Shown here: positions 39,455-49,324 of the stretch, in pieces | How the letters are laid out: every line of letters begins with the position of its first letter | Position numbering within the stretch: the first letter of the stretch is position 1 | NCBI GenBank assembly: GCA_965223845.1 | Contig: CBDCXR010000004.1 | Location: 3,040,001 to 3,104,000 of the forward strand | Length of the DNA stretch: 64,000 nt | Origin: Planctomycetota bacterium | GTDB taxonomy: Bacteria; Planctomycetota; UBA8108; SXIK01 | Reading direction: 5' to 3' | Notes under the pieces: model-generated | Database searches by the model: none | What the model was told of the DNA's origin: nothing | What the model saw: only the letters and a program-made list of their open reading frames with translations | Made by a program: the position numbers and the translations under genes

Positions 39455-42400
39455 ATGTCCATCGGTCGCTCTCTTCGTGCGTCGATGTTGGCGAGCCTCC
39501 TCCTCACGCTCGCTCCGAGTTCCGTCATCGCCGGAGGGGGCGCCGGGCCGGTGATCCGCTCGGTCTCTCCGTCGGCGGCGCGCACCGGAGAACGGGTCAA
39601 CATCAGTGGAGTCGGATTCGGCCTCGACCCGGACGATCTGTGCATCGCCGTTCTCGTCGGTGGTCGGATGATTCCGCTCCGGGTCGTGACCGCAAGCGAC
39701 ACGATGATCGAAGCGGTCGTCGGAGTCGTTCCCTTCGACGCCGAAGGTCCGGTCGTTCTCCAGCGGGGAGTCGGCGGGCGATTCGACGCCAATCCCGTCG
39801 GCGACCTGATCCCGGGGGAGCAGGCGTGGATTTGGAGTCGCGAACGCGAGCTCCTCGAAGCGAGGTCACCGGAACCGCTCACGCTCCAAGCCGTCGAACC
39901 GAATGAAACGACGCGGTGGTTCTTCGGTGAAGAGCCCGACGGTAGCGCGCTCGTCGTCCTTGACGGCGACTGGATTGCCGGCAGCACGATCGAGATCAGC
40001 GCCCATCTCCACGACACGAGCCCGAACTTCGCCGTCGCTCACGATCTTCGCATCGGAGGAATTCGCGTAGACCAGGATGGGTCACTCGTCGAATGCGCCG
40101 AGCAGCTTTGCGAGTTGATCCGGCAGCTGTTCGAAAGCGCCAACGTAGTGCTCGGCTGCGTCGTGCGCCAAGTGGGCCCCGCTTCGGTGGGAATCTTGGT
40201 GGAGCTAGAGATCGGGTCGGTCCGCCGCGGCGGTATCGACATCTGCGTGACGGCGCCTCCGGTGGATCCCGATCCCGTCCTCGATCGGTTTCAGCCTCCG
40301 AGCGGAGGACCGGGAACCGAGATCCGCGTCGGCGGACGAAATCTCGAAGCGGAGCTGGACGATATCTCGCTCGTCGTCGTCTCGAACGGCCAGGTTGCGC
40401 CGATTCAGGTGACGCAGGTGGACCCCGACTTGGTCGGCGGAATCCTCCAGCCGTTCGGCGGTATCGACAGCAAGCCGTTACCGAATTGGCAACCCGGACC
40501 GATCCAGTACTCGCGCGGGCGCGGCGAGATCGGGACGGTCAAGCCGATCTTGCCGAATGTGGAAGTTCCCGTTCCGGTATGGGCCTGGACTCGCGATCCC
40601 GTCGGCGCCCCACAAGCCGAGACCGCGACGGACTTCGATCCCGTGGTCGAGGGGCCGCTCGGCGAGGGCGTCGAGTGCTTCTTCAGCGCCTCCCCCACCG
40701 ACGGCGAGCTCTGTCTCTTCCTCGATGGCGATTGGAATCCGGGCTCCGATCTCGAAATCGGTCTCTCCGCGAGGAACCCCGAACTCGGGATCGGTTACGA
40801 CATGCGCGCGCCGCTCGTCCGCATCGCTGACGGCGGAACGGGAATCGAATGCGCGCGGCGCATCTGCGAAGTGGTGCGGCTCGCGTTCGAGCAGCAGCTC
40901 GGCGTCATGGACGTCCGCTGCTCCGCGGAAGAGCAGGATGACGGACGAGTCAAGCTCACGGTGAATCTCCTCGACGCAGCGGGAGCTCTCGTTCCGATCA
41001 CGCGCGGGTTCTTCTCGGTCTGCGTTGCGCCACTCCCTGATCGCCCGCTGCGTATCGTCGACTTCAACCCGAAGGAGGGAACGACCGGCACGGAGATCAC
41101 GATCATCGGCGAGAACATGATCCCACCGCCTTGTGACTGGGCCGATGTGTGCGTCGCGATTCTCGGGGCCGAGAGAGAAATCGTGCCGCTCGACGTCGTG
41201 AGCGGTCGTCACCTCGACGAAAACGGGACGGACGAGATCATCGCGCGAATCGGAGCGCTTCCGAACGATTTCGTTCTTCAAAAGCCGGTGGAGTTCATCG
41301 TGAGCCGCGGCGCGGGACAATTCATCATGCCCGACGGCGTGCCGGTCGAATCGTGGATCTGGTCGGCTACGGCCGACGGCGAACAGGCCACGGCCGACGA
41401 CGGATTCCTTCTCATCCCACCAGCGAAGCCCGTTCCGTGTTACGGCGCTAGCCTCGTCGACGCTGAGCTGCTCCTCGATTTGCCTCCGCCCGCGTTCTGG
41501 GCGCCGAACAGCGTGTTCGACATCCGACTCAAGTACGAAACCGCGGCGATGAATTCCGCGATCGCGCTCCACATTCCCGGCTGCGTCACCGAGGACGGCC
41601 AAAACCCGGGCGAAATGATCTGCAACGCGATCGACAGCGGGCTCGCGGTGGTCGGAGCGACGGTCGACTGTGAGGTCTCCGTCCTCCCGAACGGAGACCT
41701 TCGGGTCAAGGTCGCGAATCCGCCGGGAATTCCCGCGATCACTCACGGCGGCCTCATGGTCGGGATCGACCCGGCTCCCACGCCCATTCCGATCATCACG
41801 GACTTCAATCCGAAGCGCATCGTCGATCCCTCGCAGATGATCGTCGTCGAGGGTCGCAACTTCCCGACGGATCCCAATTCGGTCTGTATCGGGATTCAGT
41901 CGCCCGCAGACAACCGCTTCATCCCCCTCGGCGTCAACGAGATCGATCCGAACCGCATCGTCATTCCTCCACCCGAGTGTCCGCTACCATTCGACTTCGA
42001 GGGTCACATCGTGCTCACGCTCGGGGACGGAACGAAAGGCGCGGTGAAGCCCATCGAACCGGGGATCCAACTGACCGAGCCGATCTCTGCGTGGACTCGT
42101 CGGCCGGCGCGGGGTCCGATCGCAGCTTCGGAAGATCAGCTTTTCGTCCAAGCGATGGATATGCCGGGTGCACTCACTCTCGCGAGTGAGGGGCCGATCG
42201 GCGGAGAGATCGTCCTCGACGTCGGGATACCGCCGCAGTGGGGCGTAGACTGTCGAGTTGATCTCAATCTCGGGATGTTTGAAGGGCGAAGCGGAATTGG
42301 GCACTGTCTTCGTGCGCGCGGTCTCCTCGTGCGGGGGGGAGAATCCCCGGCAGATTGGATGGGTCGCGTGTGCCACGTGATCACCGAAGCCCTCGCGCAA

Positions 42401-44386
42401 CTGGTGGATGTCGCGGTCGAGTGCGAAGTCGTCGAGAACGGCGGATTCAAGATGGTGATCGGATTCCCCGGGGGACCGGTCACCCAGGGATTCGCGATTC
42501 TCCAGGTCACCGAGTCGCCGCGCGACGCTCCGGTGATCACGGGCTTCGACCCGGTGGAGGGCGGCGAGGGCACGACGATCAGGATCGTGGGCCGGAACTT
42601 CGGTGACGACCCGGCGGCGATCTCGACCGTCATCGAGTTCGAGGACGATACCGTCCATCCGATTCACATCCTCGAGGCGACGGACACCGAGCTGATGGGT
42701 TTCCTGACGTCGACGCCCCTCGAGTCGAAGCCCATTCAGATGTGGGAGGCTTCGCCGATCCGTCTTGCGATGGGAATCGGAACGCGCGCGGTGCCCGGGA
42801 AGCCGATGCCGATCGGACGCATCGATCCCATCTCGACCTGGAGTCGGATTCCGACCGACGGAGCAACGGCACTCTCCGCGGATCAATTCCTCCCCATCCA
42901 TGGCCAAACACGCGAAGGTCGCGCGTGCTTCTTTGCGGGAGCGCCGCGCGATGGAACGCTGAGTCTCTTCCTCCGCGGCAACTGGGAGGCGGAGTCCGAC
43001 TTCGAGGTCTCCGTTCACGTGCGCGACGAGACCACCGGCGAGAACCACGAGCTCTACGCGCCGTCGCAGGTGATCCCCGAATCGCGCTCGGTCGAAGAGT
43101 GCGCGGAAAACATTTGTACGCTGATTCGCATCGCGTTCGCGGAGAACGACATCGCGGTCGAATGCAGCACGGAGCCGGCGGGCGACGGCGTCGTCGAGAT
43201 CAAGCTCGGATTGCCGGACGGAAGAATCTCCAAGGGTTGGTTCAGCGTGTGTGTGTCACCGGAACCGACGACGCCTGAGACTCCCGTCGTCGAAACGTTC
43301 GGGCCGCGGGAGGGCGGCGTCGGCGACCTGATCACCATTCGAGGGAGCGGATTCGGTGACGATCCCGACGACCTCGCCGTCGCGCTTCGACTCAACGGAA
43401 CGACCGTCCCGATGCCGGTCATCGAGACGAAGGACGGAGAGCTCATCGCGAAGATGGGCGCGATCAAGGCCGTCCTCGGCAAGCCGGTCCCGTTCTCGAA
43501 ACCCGGACCGATCCACGTCGCACGCGGGGTGGGTATGAGCGGAGTGATGAAACCGACGGGGAAGATCCTCACATGGGAGGCACCGGTCAAAGCCTGGCAG
43601 AGCTCCGGAGTGCCGACAACGGCGTCGATGGAGCTCTTCCAACCGACCGGGTTCGTGAAGCCGATCGACTTCGTCAAACCCGTCGATCCGATCGTCGGCG
43701 GCGCGGGGGGAATCGTTGCGGAAGAGCAGCCGGTCGGTTGTTTCTTCGGCGAAGTGGAAGACGGGAAGGTCTGCCTCACTCTTCGGGGTGATTGGCCGGC
43801 CGGCAGCGAGGCGAGCTTCGCGTTCCAAGCTCACTCTGAACCGGAAGGGACGCGCGTCGCCGCGGAGGCGTCGCGCGTGCGCTTCGACGGCGGTGGAGCG
43901 GCCGGATGCGCCGACGCGATCGCCGAAGGCATCCAGTGGATCTTCATGCAGCAGGTCGACTCGGGACCGATCGCGTGGGAGATCGAGGACCTCGGCGACG
44001 AGGCGGTCAAACTCACGATCTCGCTCAAGGATGGATCCGATATCGACTGGGGGACCCTCGACGTCTGCATTTTCCCACCGTCTGACGGAGGTGGCCTCGT
44101 CCTCCCGGGTGACTGCAATGCGGACGGTGCGATCAACATCGCCGACCCGATCTGCCTCCTCGGCTTCCTCTTCGGGGGAGGGAGAGACGAGGTCTTCTGC
44201 GGTGAGCCGGGTGAGCCGGAGCCGGACCCCGATGACCGCCTCCTCCTCGACTACAACGGCGACGGCGGGACGCCGGACATCGCCGACGCGGTCGGACAGC
44301 TCCTCTTCCTCTTCGGAGACGGAAAGCCGCATGCCCTCGGCGAGGAGTGCCGGATTTTTCGCACTTGTCCCGACGCGTGCCCGTGA
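39455..44386 (+). CDS. Large secreted protein: six IPT/TIG-led ~250-aa repeats + C-terminal dockerin-like domain
   Basis: Signal peptide; P.I..F.P..G..G..I.I.G.NF x6; LPGDCNADG..NIADP..LL..LF. Confidence 0.8.
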   Translation: MSIGRSLRASMLASLLLTLAPSSVIAGGGAGPVIRSVSPSAARTGERVNISGVGFGLDPDDLCIAVLVGGRMIPLRVVTASDTMIEAVVGVVPFDAEGPVVLQRGVGGRFDANPVGDLIPGEQAWIWSRERELLEARSPEPLTLQAVEPNETTRWFFGEEPDGSALVVLDGDWIAGSTIEISAHLHDTSPNFAVAHDLRIGGIRVDQDGSLVECAEQLCELIRQLFESANVVLGCVVRQVGPASVGILVELEIGSVRRGGIDICVTAPPVDPDPVLDRFQPPSGGPGTEIRVGGRNLEAELDDISLVVVSNGQVAPIQVTQVDPDLVGGILQPFGGIDSKPLPNWQPGPIQYSRGRGEIGTVKPILPNVEVPVPVWAWTRDPVGAPQAETATDFDPVVEGPLGEGVECFFSASPTDGELCLFLDGDWNPGSDLEIGLSARNPELGIGYDMRAPLVRIADGGTGIECARRICEVVRLAFEQQLGVMDVRCSAEEQDDGRVKLTVNLLDAAGALVPITRGFFSVCVAPLPDRPLRIVDFNPKEGTTGTEITIIGENMIPPPCDWADVCVAILGAEREIVPLDVVSGRHLDENGTDEIIARIGALPNDFVLQKPVEFIVSRGAGQFIMPDGVPVESWIWSATADGEQATADDGFLLIPPAKPVPCYGASLVDAELLLDLPPPAFWAPNSVFDIRLKYETAAMNSAIALHIPGCVTEDGQNPGEMICNAIDSGLAVVGATVDCEVSVLPNGDLRVKVANPPGIPAITHGGLMVGIDPAPTPIPIITDFNPKRIVDPSQMIVVEGRNFPTDPNSVCIGIQSPADNRFIPLGVNEIDPNRIVIPPPECPLPFDFEGHIVLTLGDGTKGAVKPIEPGIQLTEPISAWTRRPARGPIAASEDQLFVQAMDMPGALTLASEGPIGGEIVLDVGIPPQWGVDCRVDLNLGMFEGRSGIGHCLRARGLLVRGGESPADWMGRVCHVITEALAQLVDVAVECEVVENGGFKMVIGFPGGPVTQGFAILQVTESPRDAPVITGFDPVEGGEGTTIRIVGRNFGDDPAAISTVIEFEDDTVHPIHILEATDTELMGFLTSTPLESKPIQMWEASPIRLAMGIGTRAVPGKPMPIGRIDPISTWSRIPTDGATALSADQFLPIHGQTREGRACFFAGAPRDGTLSLFLRGNWEAESDFEVSVHVRDETTGENHELYAPSQVIPESRSVEECAENICTLIRIAFAENDIAVECSTEPAGDGVVEIKLGLPDGRISKGWFSVCVSPEPTTPETPVVETFGPREGGVGDLITIRGSGFGDDPDDLAVALRLNGTTVPMPVIETKDGELIAKMGAIKAVLGKPVPFSKPGPIHVARGVGMSGVMKPTGKILTWEAPVKAWQSSGVPTTASMELFQPTGFVKPIDFVKPVDPIVGGAGGIVAEEQPVGCFFGEVEDGKVCLTLRGDWPAGSEASFAFQAHSEPEGTRVAAEASRVRFDGGGAAGCADAIAEGIQWIFMQQVDSGPIAWEIEDLGDEAVKLTISLKDGSDIDWGTLDVCIFPPSDGGGLVLPGDCNADGAINIADPICLLGFLFGGGRDEVFCGEPGEPEPDPDDRLLLDYNGDGGTPDIADAVGQLLFLFGDGKPHALGEECRIFRTCPDACP

Positions 44387-44581
44387 TTCGATCGCAGCCC
44401 GCGACCGGAAGCCAGCCCGGCCGAGTCCGCTACCGGTAGAGCTCCGGCACGATCGTGGGATCGCGTCGAGCGGAAGTCGGGTAGTCTAATGAGCCGGCCC
44501 GCCGCTTAGAACGGGCTCGTTGTCCCGTCGTCGATCAACGACTCTGCTCGACTCTCCTGGGAGCTCTCGGAGAACCGCTCT

Positions 44582-47500
44582 ATGCCTCGACTCGGCCGCT
44601 CGTCCCTCGCCTGCTTCAGTTGGTTGCTCACCGGTTGCGCACTCGTGGGCGGCGGCCCCGCTCTCTCCGCCGACGAAGACACCCACTGGATCCACTCCTT
44701 CGAACGCATCCAGCTCTCCGCTGAGTTCTACTCCGAAGGAGCCACGTACGGGGACGTGAACGGCGACGGCGCAAACGACCTCGTCTCGGGTCCGTTCTGG
44801 TTCGAGGGACCCGACTTCGAGAAACGCCACGAGTTTTACCCGCCGAAGACGTTCGATCCGAAGCGCTACTCGGACAACTTCTTTCCGTACGTCGTCGACA
44901 TGAACGGCGACGGTCGAAACGACATTCTCATCATCGGCTTTCCGGGGCAGGACGCGTCCTGGTACGAGAATCCGGGGAATACGGATGCCCACTGGAAGCG
45001 GCATCTCGTCGTCGACGAGGTGAGCAACGAGTCGCCGGCCTTCGTCGACATCACGGGCGATGGAAAGCCCGAAATCGTCTGCATCCAAAACGGGCGCTAC
45101 GGTTACGCCGAGCCCGACTGGGCGAATCCGGCGGCGAAGTTCCGCTTCGTTCCGATCTCCGAGGACCGAAAGCTCGGTCGCTTCACGCACGGCATGGGAG
45201 TGGGCGACGTCAACGGCGACGGGCGCCTCGACCTCCTCGAGCGCGGCGGCTGGTACGAGCACCCGAAGGACGGCGCGTCGAGCGCGCTTTGGAAGCATCA
45301 CGATTGGGGATTCACGGAGGAGGCGAAGAAGGCGTTCGGCCTCCCCGGCGGCGGCGGCGCGCAGATGTACGCCTACGACGTCGACGGTGACGGCGACCGC
45401 GACGTGATCACGAGCCGGAACGCGCACCGCTGGGGCCTCTTTTGGTACGAGAACCAAAACGCCGCGGGCGATGGGGCCGGCCCGTTCGTACCCCACCGCA
45501 TCACCGGACGTCCCGACGAGCCGTCGCGCTACTCGCTCCACCTCGCGAACATGCACGGGATCGACCTCGTCGACATGGACGGCGACGGGCTAAAGGACAT
45601 CGTCACGGGTCTCCGCGTGTGGGCACACTACGGCGAGCCGTCGGCGAACCCGCCGGGCCTCCTCTATTGGTTCCGTCTGGCTCGCGGTAAGAACGGCGAG
45701 GTCGATTGGGTGCCGCAGCTCATCGACGACGACTCCGGCGTCGGCGTGATGGTGAAAGCGGGCGACGTCGACGGCGACCGACTTCACGACGTGGTCGTCG
45801 GGAACAAAAAAGGCATTTACTTTCTCAAGCACTCACGGCGCGAGACAACGCGCGCTGAGTGGCTGCGCTCGCAACCGAAGCGCTTCCACACCTCTGGACT
45901 CAAACCCGAAGACGCCGCCGCGGCGATGAGCGTCCCCGAAGGATTCGCCGTCGAGGTCGCGGCTGCCGAGCCGCAAATCCACCAGCCGATCGCCTTCACT
46001 CTCGACGACCGCGGCCGGTTGTGGGTCGCGGAAGCACACACCTACCCTCGCCGCGCGAAAGGTCACGAAGGGAAATGGAACGAAGGTCGCGACAAGATCG
46101 TCGTCCTCGAAGACCGCGACCTCGACGGGAACTTCGAGACCCGGAAGGTGTTCGCCCAGAACGTGAATCTCGTGAGCGGCCTCGAGGTGGGGTTCGGCGG
46201 CGTGTGGGTCGGCGCGGCGCCGTACCTCCTCTTTTTCGCGGACGCGAACGGCGACGATCGGGCGGACGGCGATCCGGAGATCGTTCTCGACGGCTTCGGT
46301 TTCCAAGACACGCACGAGACGCTGAACGCGTTCAGCTGGGGACCCGACGGCTGGCTCTACGGCTGCCACGGAGTCTTCACGCACTCGCGCGTAGGGGCGC
46401 CGGGAACGCCCGATGCGGACCGCGTCCCGGTGAACGCCGCGTACTGGCGCTTCCACCCGCAGCAGCGCGAGTTCGAGGTTTTCGCCTGGGGCACGAGCAA
46501 TCCGTGGGGACTCGACTTCAACGATTACGGCGAAGCCTTCGCGTCTGCCTGCGTGATCCCTCACCTCTACCATGTGATTCAAGGCGCGCGCTACCAGCGA
46601 CAGGGCGGACGGCACTTCAATCCGCACGTGTACGACGACATCAAGACCATCGCCGACCATCTCCACTACTCCGGGCGCATCCAGGATCACGCCTGGTGGG
46701 GACACGAGCGCCCCGCCGATAGCGAGGTCCTCGCGCGCGGTGGCGGCCACGCGCACTGCGGACTCATGATCTATCTCGGCGACAGCTTTCCGCCGGCACA
46801 CCGCGGCAGGCTCTACATGAACAACATCCACGGGAACCGCGTGAACGAAGATCGCGTAGGCCCGCGCGGGTCGGGATACGTCGGCTCGCACGGCGAGGAT
46901 CTCGTGATCGCAAACGACGCGTGGTACCGCGGAATCAATCTTCGCTACGGACCGGAGGGCGACGTCTATTTCTCCGATTGGTACGACAAGAACGCGTGCC
47001 ACCGTACGAATCCCGAGATCTGGGACCGGACGACGGGTCGACTCTACCGCCTCTCGTATCTCGGCGATCGAACTGCGCCGCGGCGCGGTCGAGTCCAGCT
47101 CTCGAGGCTATCGAGCGCTGAGCTCGTCGAGCTTCAACTCCACGCGAACGACTGGTACGTTCGCGTCGCGCGGCGAATTCTTCAGGAACGCGGCCCTGAC
47201 CCAGACGTGCACGCGGCGCTGCGAACGATTCTGAGCGAGAATTCCGCGGTCACGAAAAAGCTGCGAGCGCTGTGGGCGCTCCACGCGACCCGGGGACTCG
47301 ATCCCGATCTCGCGACCTCGCTACTCTCGAGCGATCACGAATACTTGCGTGCGTGGGCGATCCAGCTCACTCTCGAGCGGAAGCAGCCGCCGGCCGCATT
47401 TCTCGCTCGACTCACCGAGCTCGCGAGAGAGGACACTTCAGCCGTCGTTCGCCGCTACCTCGCATCCGCGCTTCAGCGCCTTTCCCTCGAGGACCGCGAA

Positions 47501-49273
47501 CCGATCGCTGCGGGTCTCCTCGCCCGCGAAGAGGATCGCGAGGATCACAATCTTCCGCTCCTCATCTGGTACGGAGTCGAGCCGATCGTCGCGACTCGCC
47601 CCGAGCGCGCCCTCGAGCTCGTCGAGGTCTCGCAGATCCCCCTCGTCACGCGTTACATCGTGCGTCGCCTCGCCGCCGAGCCGGATCACCTGGGAGTCGC
47701 GATCGATATCCTCAATCGCGCCGAGACGACCGCGACCCAGCTCGTCGTCCTCGACGAAATCCTCACGTCGCTGAGGGGCCAAGCGAAACTCGAGATGCCT
47801 GCGAGCTGGGGGCCGGCGTTCACCCGACTCATCGCGAGCGAGAGTGCAGAGATCCGTGATCGCGCCGAGGCCATCGCCGTTCGCTTCGGTGACCGGCGCA
47901 TCTTTCCGCATCAGCGAGCGACCCTGGCCGACCGCAACGCCGATCTCGCGCGCCGAAAACACGCGCTCCGACTGCTCGTCGACGGCGCGGACGCCGAGTG
48001 CGTTCCAGTTCTTCACTCCGTTCTCGCGGAGCCCGATCTCCGCGGGCTCGCTCTCAAAGGACTCGCGAAGTTCGGCCATCGCGAGACGCCGACGGCGATC
48101 CTCGCGGTGTACGAGAATCTCACCACGACCGAGCGAGCGAGCGCCGTTGCAACCCTCGCCGCTCGTCCGGCGTCGGCTCGCGCGCTCCTCGATGCGGTAA
48201 AGGACGGACGCGTTCCGCGCACGGATCTGAGCGCGTTCATCGTGCGTCAGATCGACTCGTTCGACGATCCCGCCCTTCGCGCGCAACTCGAGACGGTTTG
48301 GGGTAAGGTGCGAAAGACCGCTTCCGACAAAGCGGCGCGGATCGCCGCGCTCAAGAACGTCCTCACTCCGAAGGTGCTCGAGAGCGCCGATCTCTCGGCC
48401 GGTCGCGCCGTCTTTCAGAAGGCCTGCCATCAGTGTCACACCCTCTTCGGGGACGGAGGCAAGATCGCGCCTGACCTCACGGGATCGAATCGCGCGAACC
48501 TCGACTACATCCTCGAGAACATCGTCGATCCCAATGCCACCGTGGGAAAAGACTACCAACTGATCGAATTCGTCATGAACGACGGGCGCGTCGTGTCTGG
48601 CCTCGTCGCGAGTGAAACGGCGTCGGCGCTGACCGTTCAGACGATCGACGACGTCGTCGTCCTCCCGCGCGACGAGCTCGCCGAGCGCAACGTATCGCCG
48701 AGCTCGCTGATGCCGGACTCACTGCTCGATGCGCTCAAACCCGAAGAGGTGCGAGATCTCATCGCGTACCTCGGGACACCGGTCCAGGTGCTCGTCGCCG
48801 GCACTCCTGTCCGCATCGATCCCAAGACCCACCGAGTTGCCGGTGCGATCGAAGCGGAGTCGCTCGCATCCGAATCGACCTCAGGCGACGTTGGCCCGCA
48901 GGACATGCGCGGCTTCGGCGCCGGCAAGTGGAGCGGAAACGCGCACCTCTGGTGGCGGCAGGGCACACCAGGGAACAAGCTCCGAATCAAGCTCCCGGTG
49001 AAGAAGAGCGGCACGTATCGAGTCGATCTCGCACTCACAAAGGCGCGGGACTACGGCGTCTTCAAGCTCTCGCTCGATGGTCAGCCGCTCGGAAGTCCGA
49101 TCGATCTCTACGATCCCAATGTCGTACCGACGGGAACGATCCTCTTCGGTGAATCGGCTCTCGAGGCCGGTGAGCACCTGCTCGAAGTCGAAACGGTCGG
49201 TGCGAACCCGAAGGCGATCAAGGCGTATATGTTCGGGCTCGATTACGTGCTCTTGGTGCCGGTCGCGCGCTGA
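44582..49273 (+). CDS. FG-GAP propeller + PVC-type heme-binding CxxCH membrane-bound dehydrogenase-like protein
   Basis: FG-GAP repeats; AAEP...P.....D..GRLWV, WGPDGWLY, NPWG, DWYD; HEAT repeats; CHQCH, PDLTG, SLMP; C-terminal beta-sandwich. Confidence 0.88.
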   Translation: MPRLGRSSLACFSWLLTGCALVGGGPALSADEDTHWIHSFERIQLSAEFYSEGATYGDVNGDGANDLVSGPFWFEGPDFEKRHEFYPPKTFDPKRYSDNFFPYVVDMNGDGRNDILIIGFPGQDASWYENPGNTDAHWKRHLVVDEVSNESPAFVDITGDGKPEIVCIQNGRYGYAEPDWANPAAKFRFVPISEDRKLGRFTHGMGVGDVNGDGRLDLLERGGWYEHPKDGASSALWKHHDWGFTEEAKKAFGLPGGGGAQMYAYDVDGDGDRDVITSRNAHRWGLFWYENQNAAGDGAGPFVPHRITGRPDEPSRYSLHLANMHGIDLVDMDGDGLKDIVTGLRVWAHYGEPSANPPGLLYWFRLARGKNGEVDWVPQLIDDDSGVGVMVKAGDVDGDRLHDVVVGNKKGIYFLKHSRRETTRAEWLRSQPKRFHTSGLKPEDAAAAMSVPEGFAVEVAAAEPQIHQPIAFTLDDRGRLWVAEAHTYPRRAKGHEGKWNEGRDKIVVLEDRDLDGNFETRKVFAQNVNLVSGLEVGFGGVWVGAAPYLLFFADANGDDRADGDPEIVLDGFGFQDTHETLNAFSWGPDGWLYGCHGVFTHSRVGAPGTPDADRVPVNAAYWRFHPQQREFEVFAWGTSNPWGLDFNDYGEAFASACVIPHLYHVIQGARYQRQGGRHFNPHVYDDIKTIADHLHYSGRIQDHAWWGHERPADSEVLARGGGHAHCGLMIYLGDSFPPAHRGRLYMNNIHGNRVNEDRVGPRGSGYVGSHGEDLVIANDAWYRGINLRYGPEGDVYFSDWYDKNACHRTNPEIWDRTTGRLYRLSYLGDRTAPRRGRVQLSRLSSAELVELQLHANDWYVRVARRILQERGPDPDVHAALRTILSENSAVTKKLRALWALHATRGLDPDLATSLLSSDHEYLRAWAIQLTLERKQPPAAFLARLTELAREDTSAVVRRYLASALQRLSLEDREPIAAGLLAREEDREDHNLPLLIWYGVEPIVATRPERALELVEVSQIPLVTRYIVRRLAAEPDHLGVAIDILNRAETTATQLVVLDEILTSLRGQAKLEMPASWGPAFTRLIASESAEIRDRAEAIAVRFGDRRIFPHQRATLADRNADLARRKHALRLLVDGADAECVPVLHSVLAEPDLRGLALKGLAKFGHRETPTAILAVYENLTTTERASAVATLAARPASARALLDAVKDGRVPRTDLSAFIVRQIDSFDDPALRAQLETVWGKVRKTASDKAARIAALKNVLTPKVLESADLSAGRAVFQKACHQCHTLFGDGGKIAPDLTGSNRANLDYILENIVDPNATVGKDYQLIEFVMNDGRVVSGLVASETASALTVQTIDDVVVLPRDELAERNVSPSSLMPDSLLDALKPEEVRDLIAYLGTPVQVLVAGTPVRIDPKTHRVAGAIEAESLASESTSGDVGPQDMRGFGAGKWSGNAHLWWRQGTPGNKLRIKLPVKKSGTYRVDLALTKARDYGVFKLSLDGQPLGSPIDLYDPNVVPTGTILFGESALEAGEHLLEVETVGANPKAIKAYMFGLDYVLLVPVAR

Positions 49274-49324
49274 ACGAACCCTCCGCACGGGGAGCCGGTC
49301 CCGACGACTTCCCACGAGCCTGAG

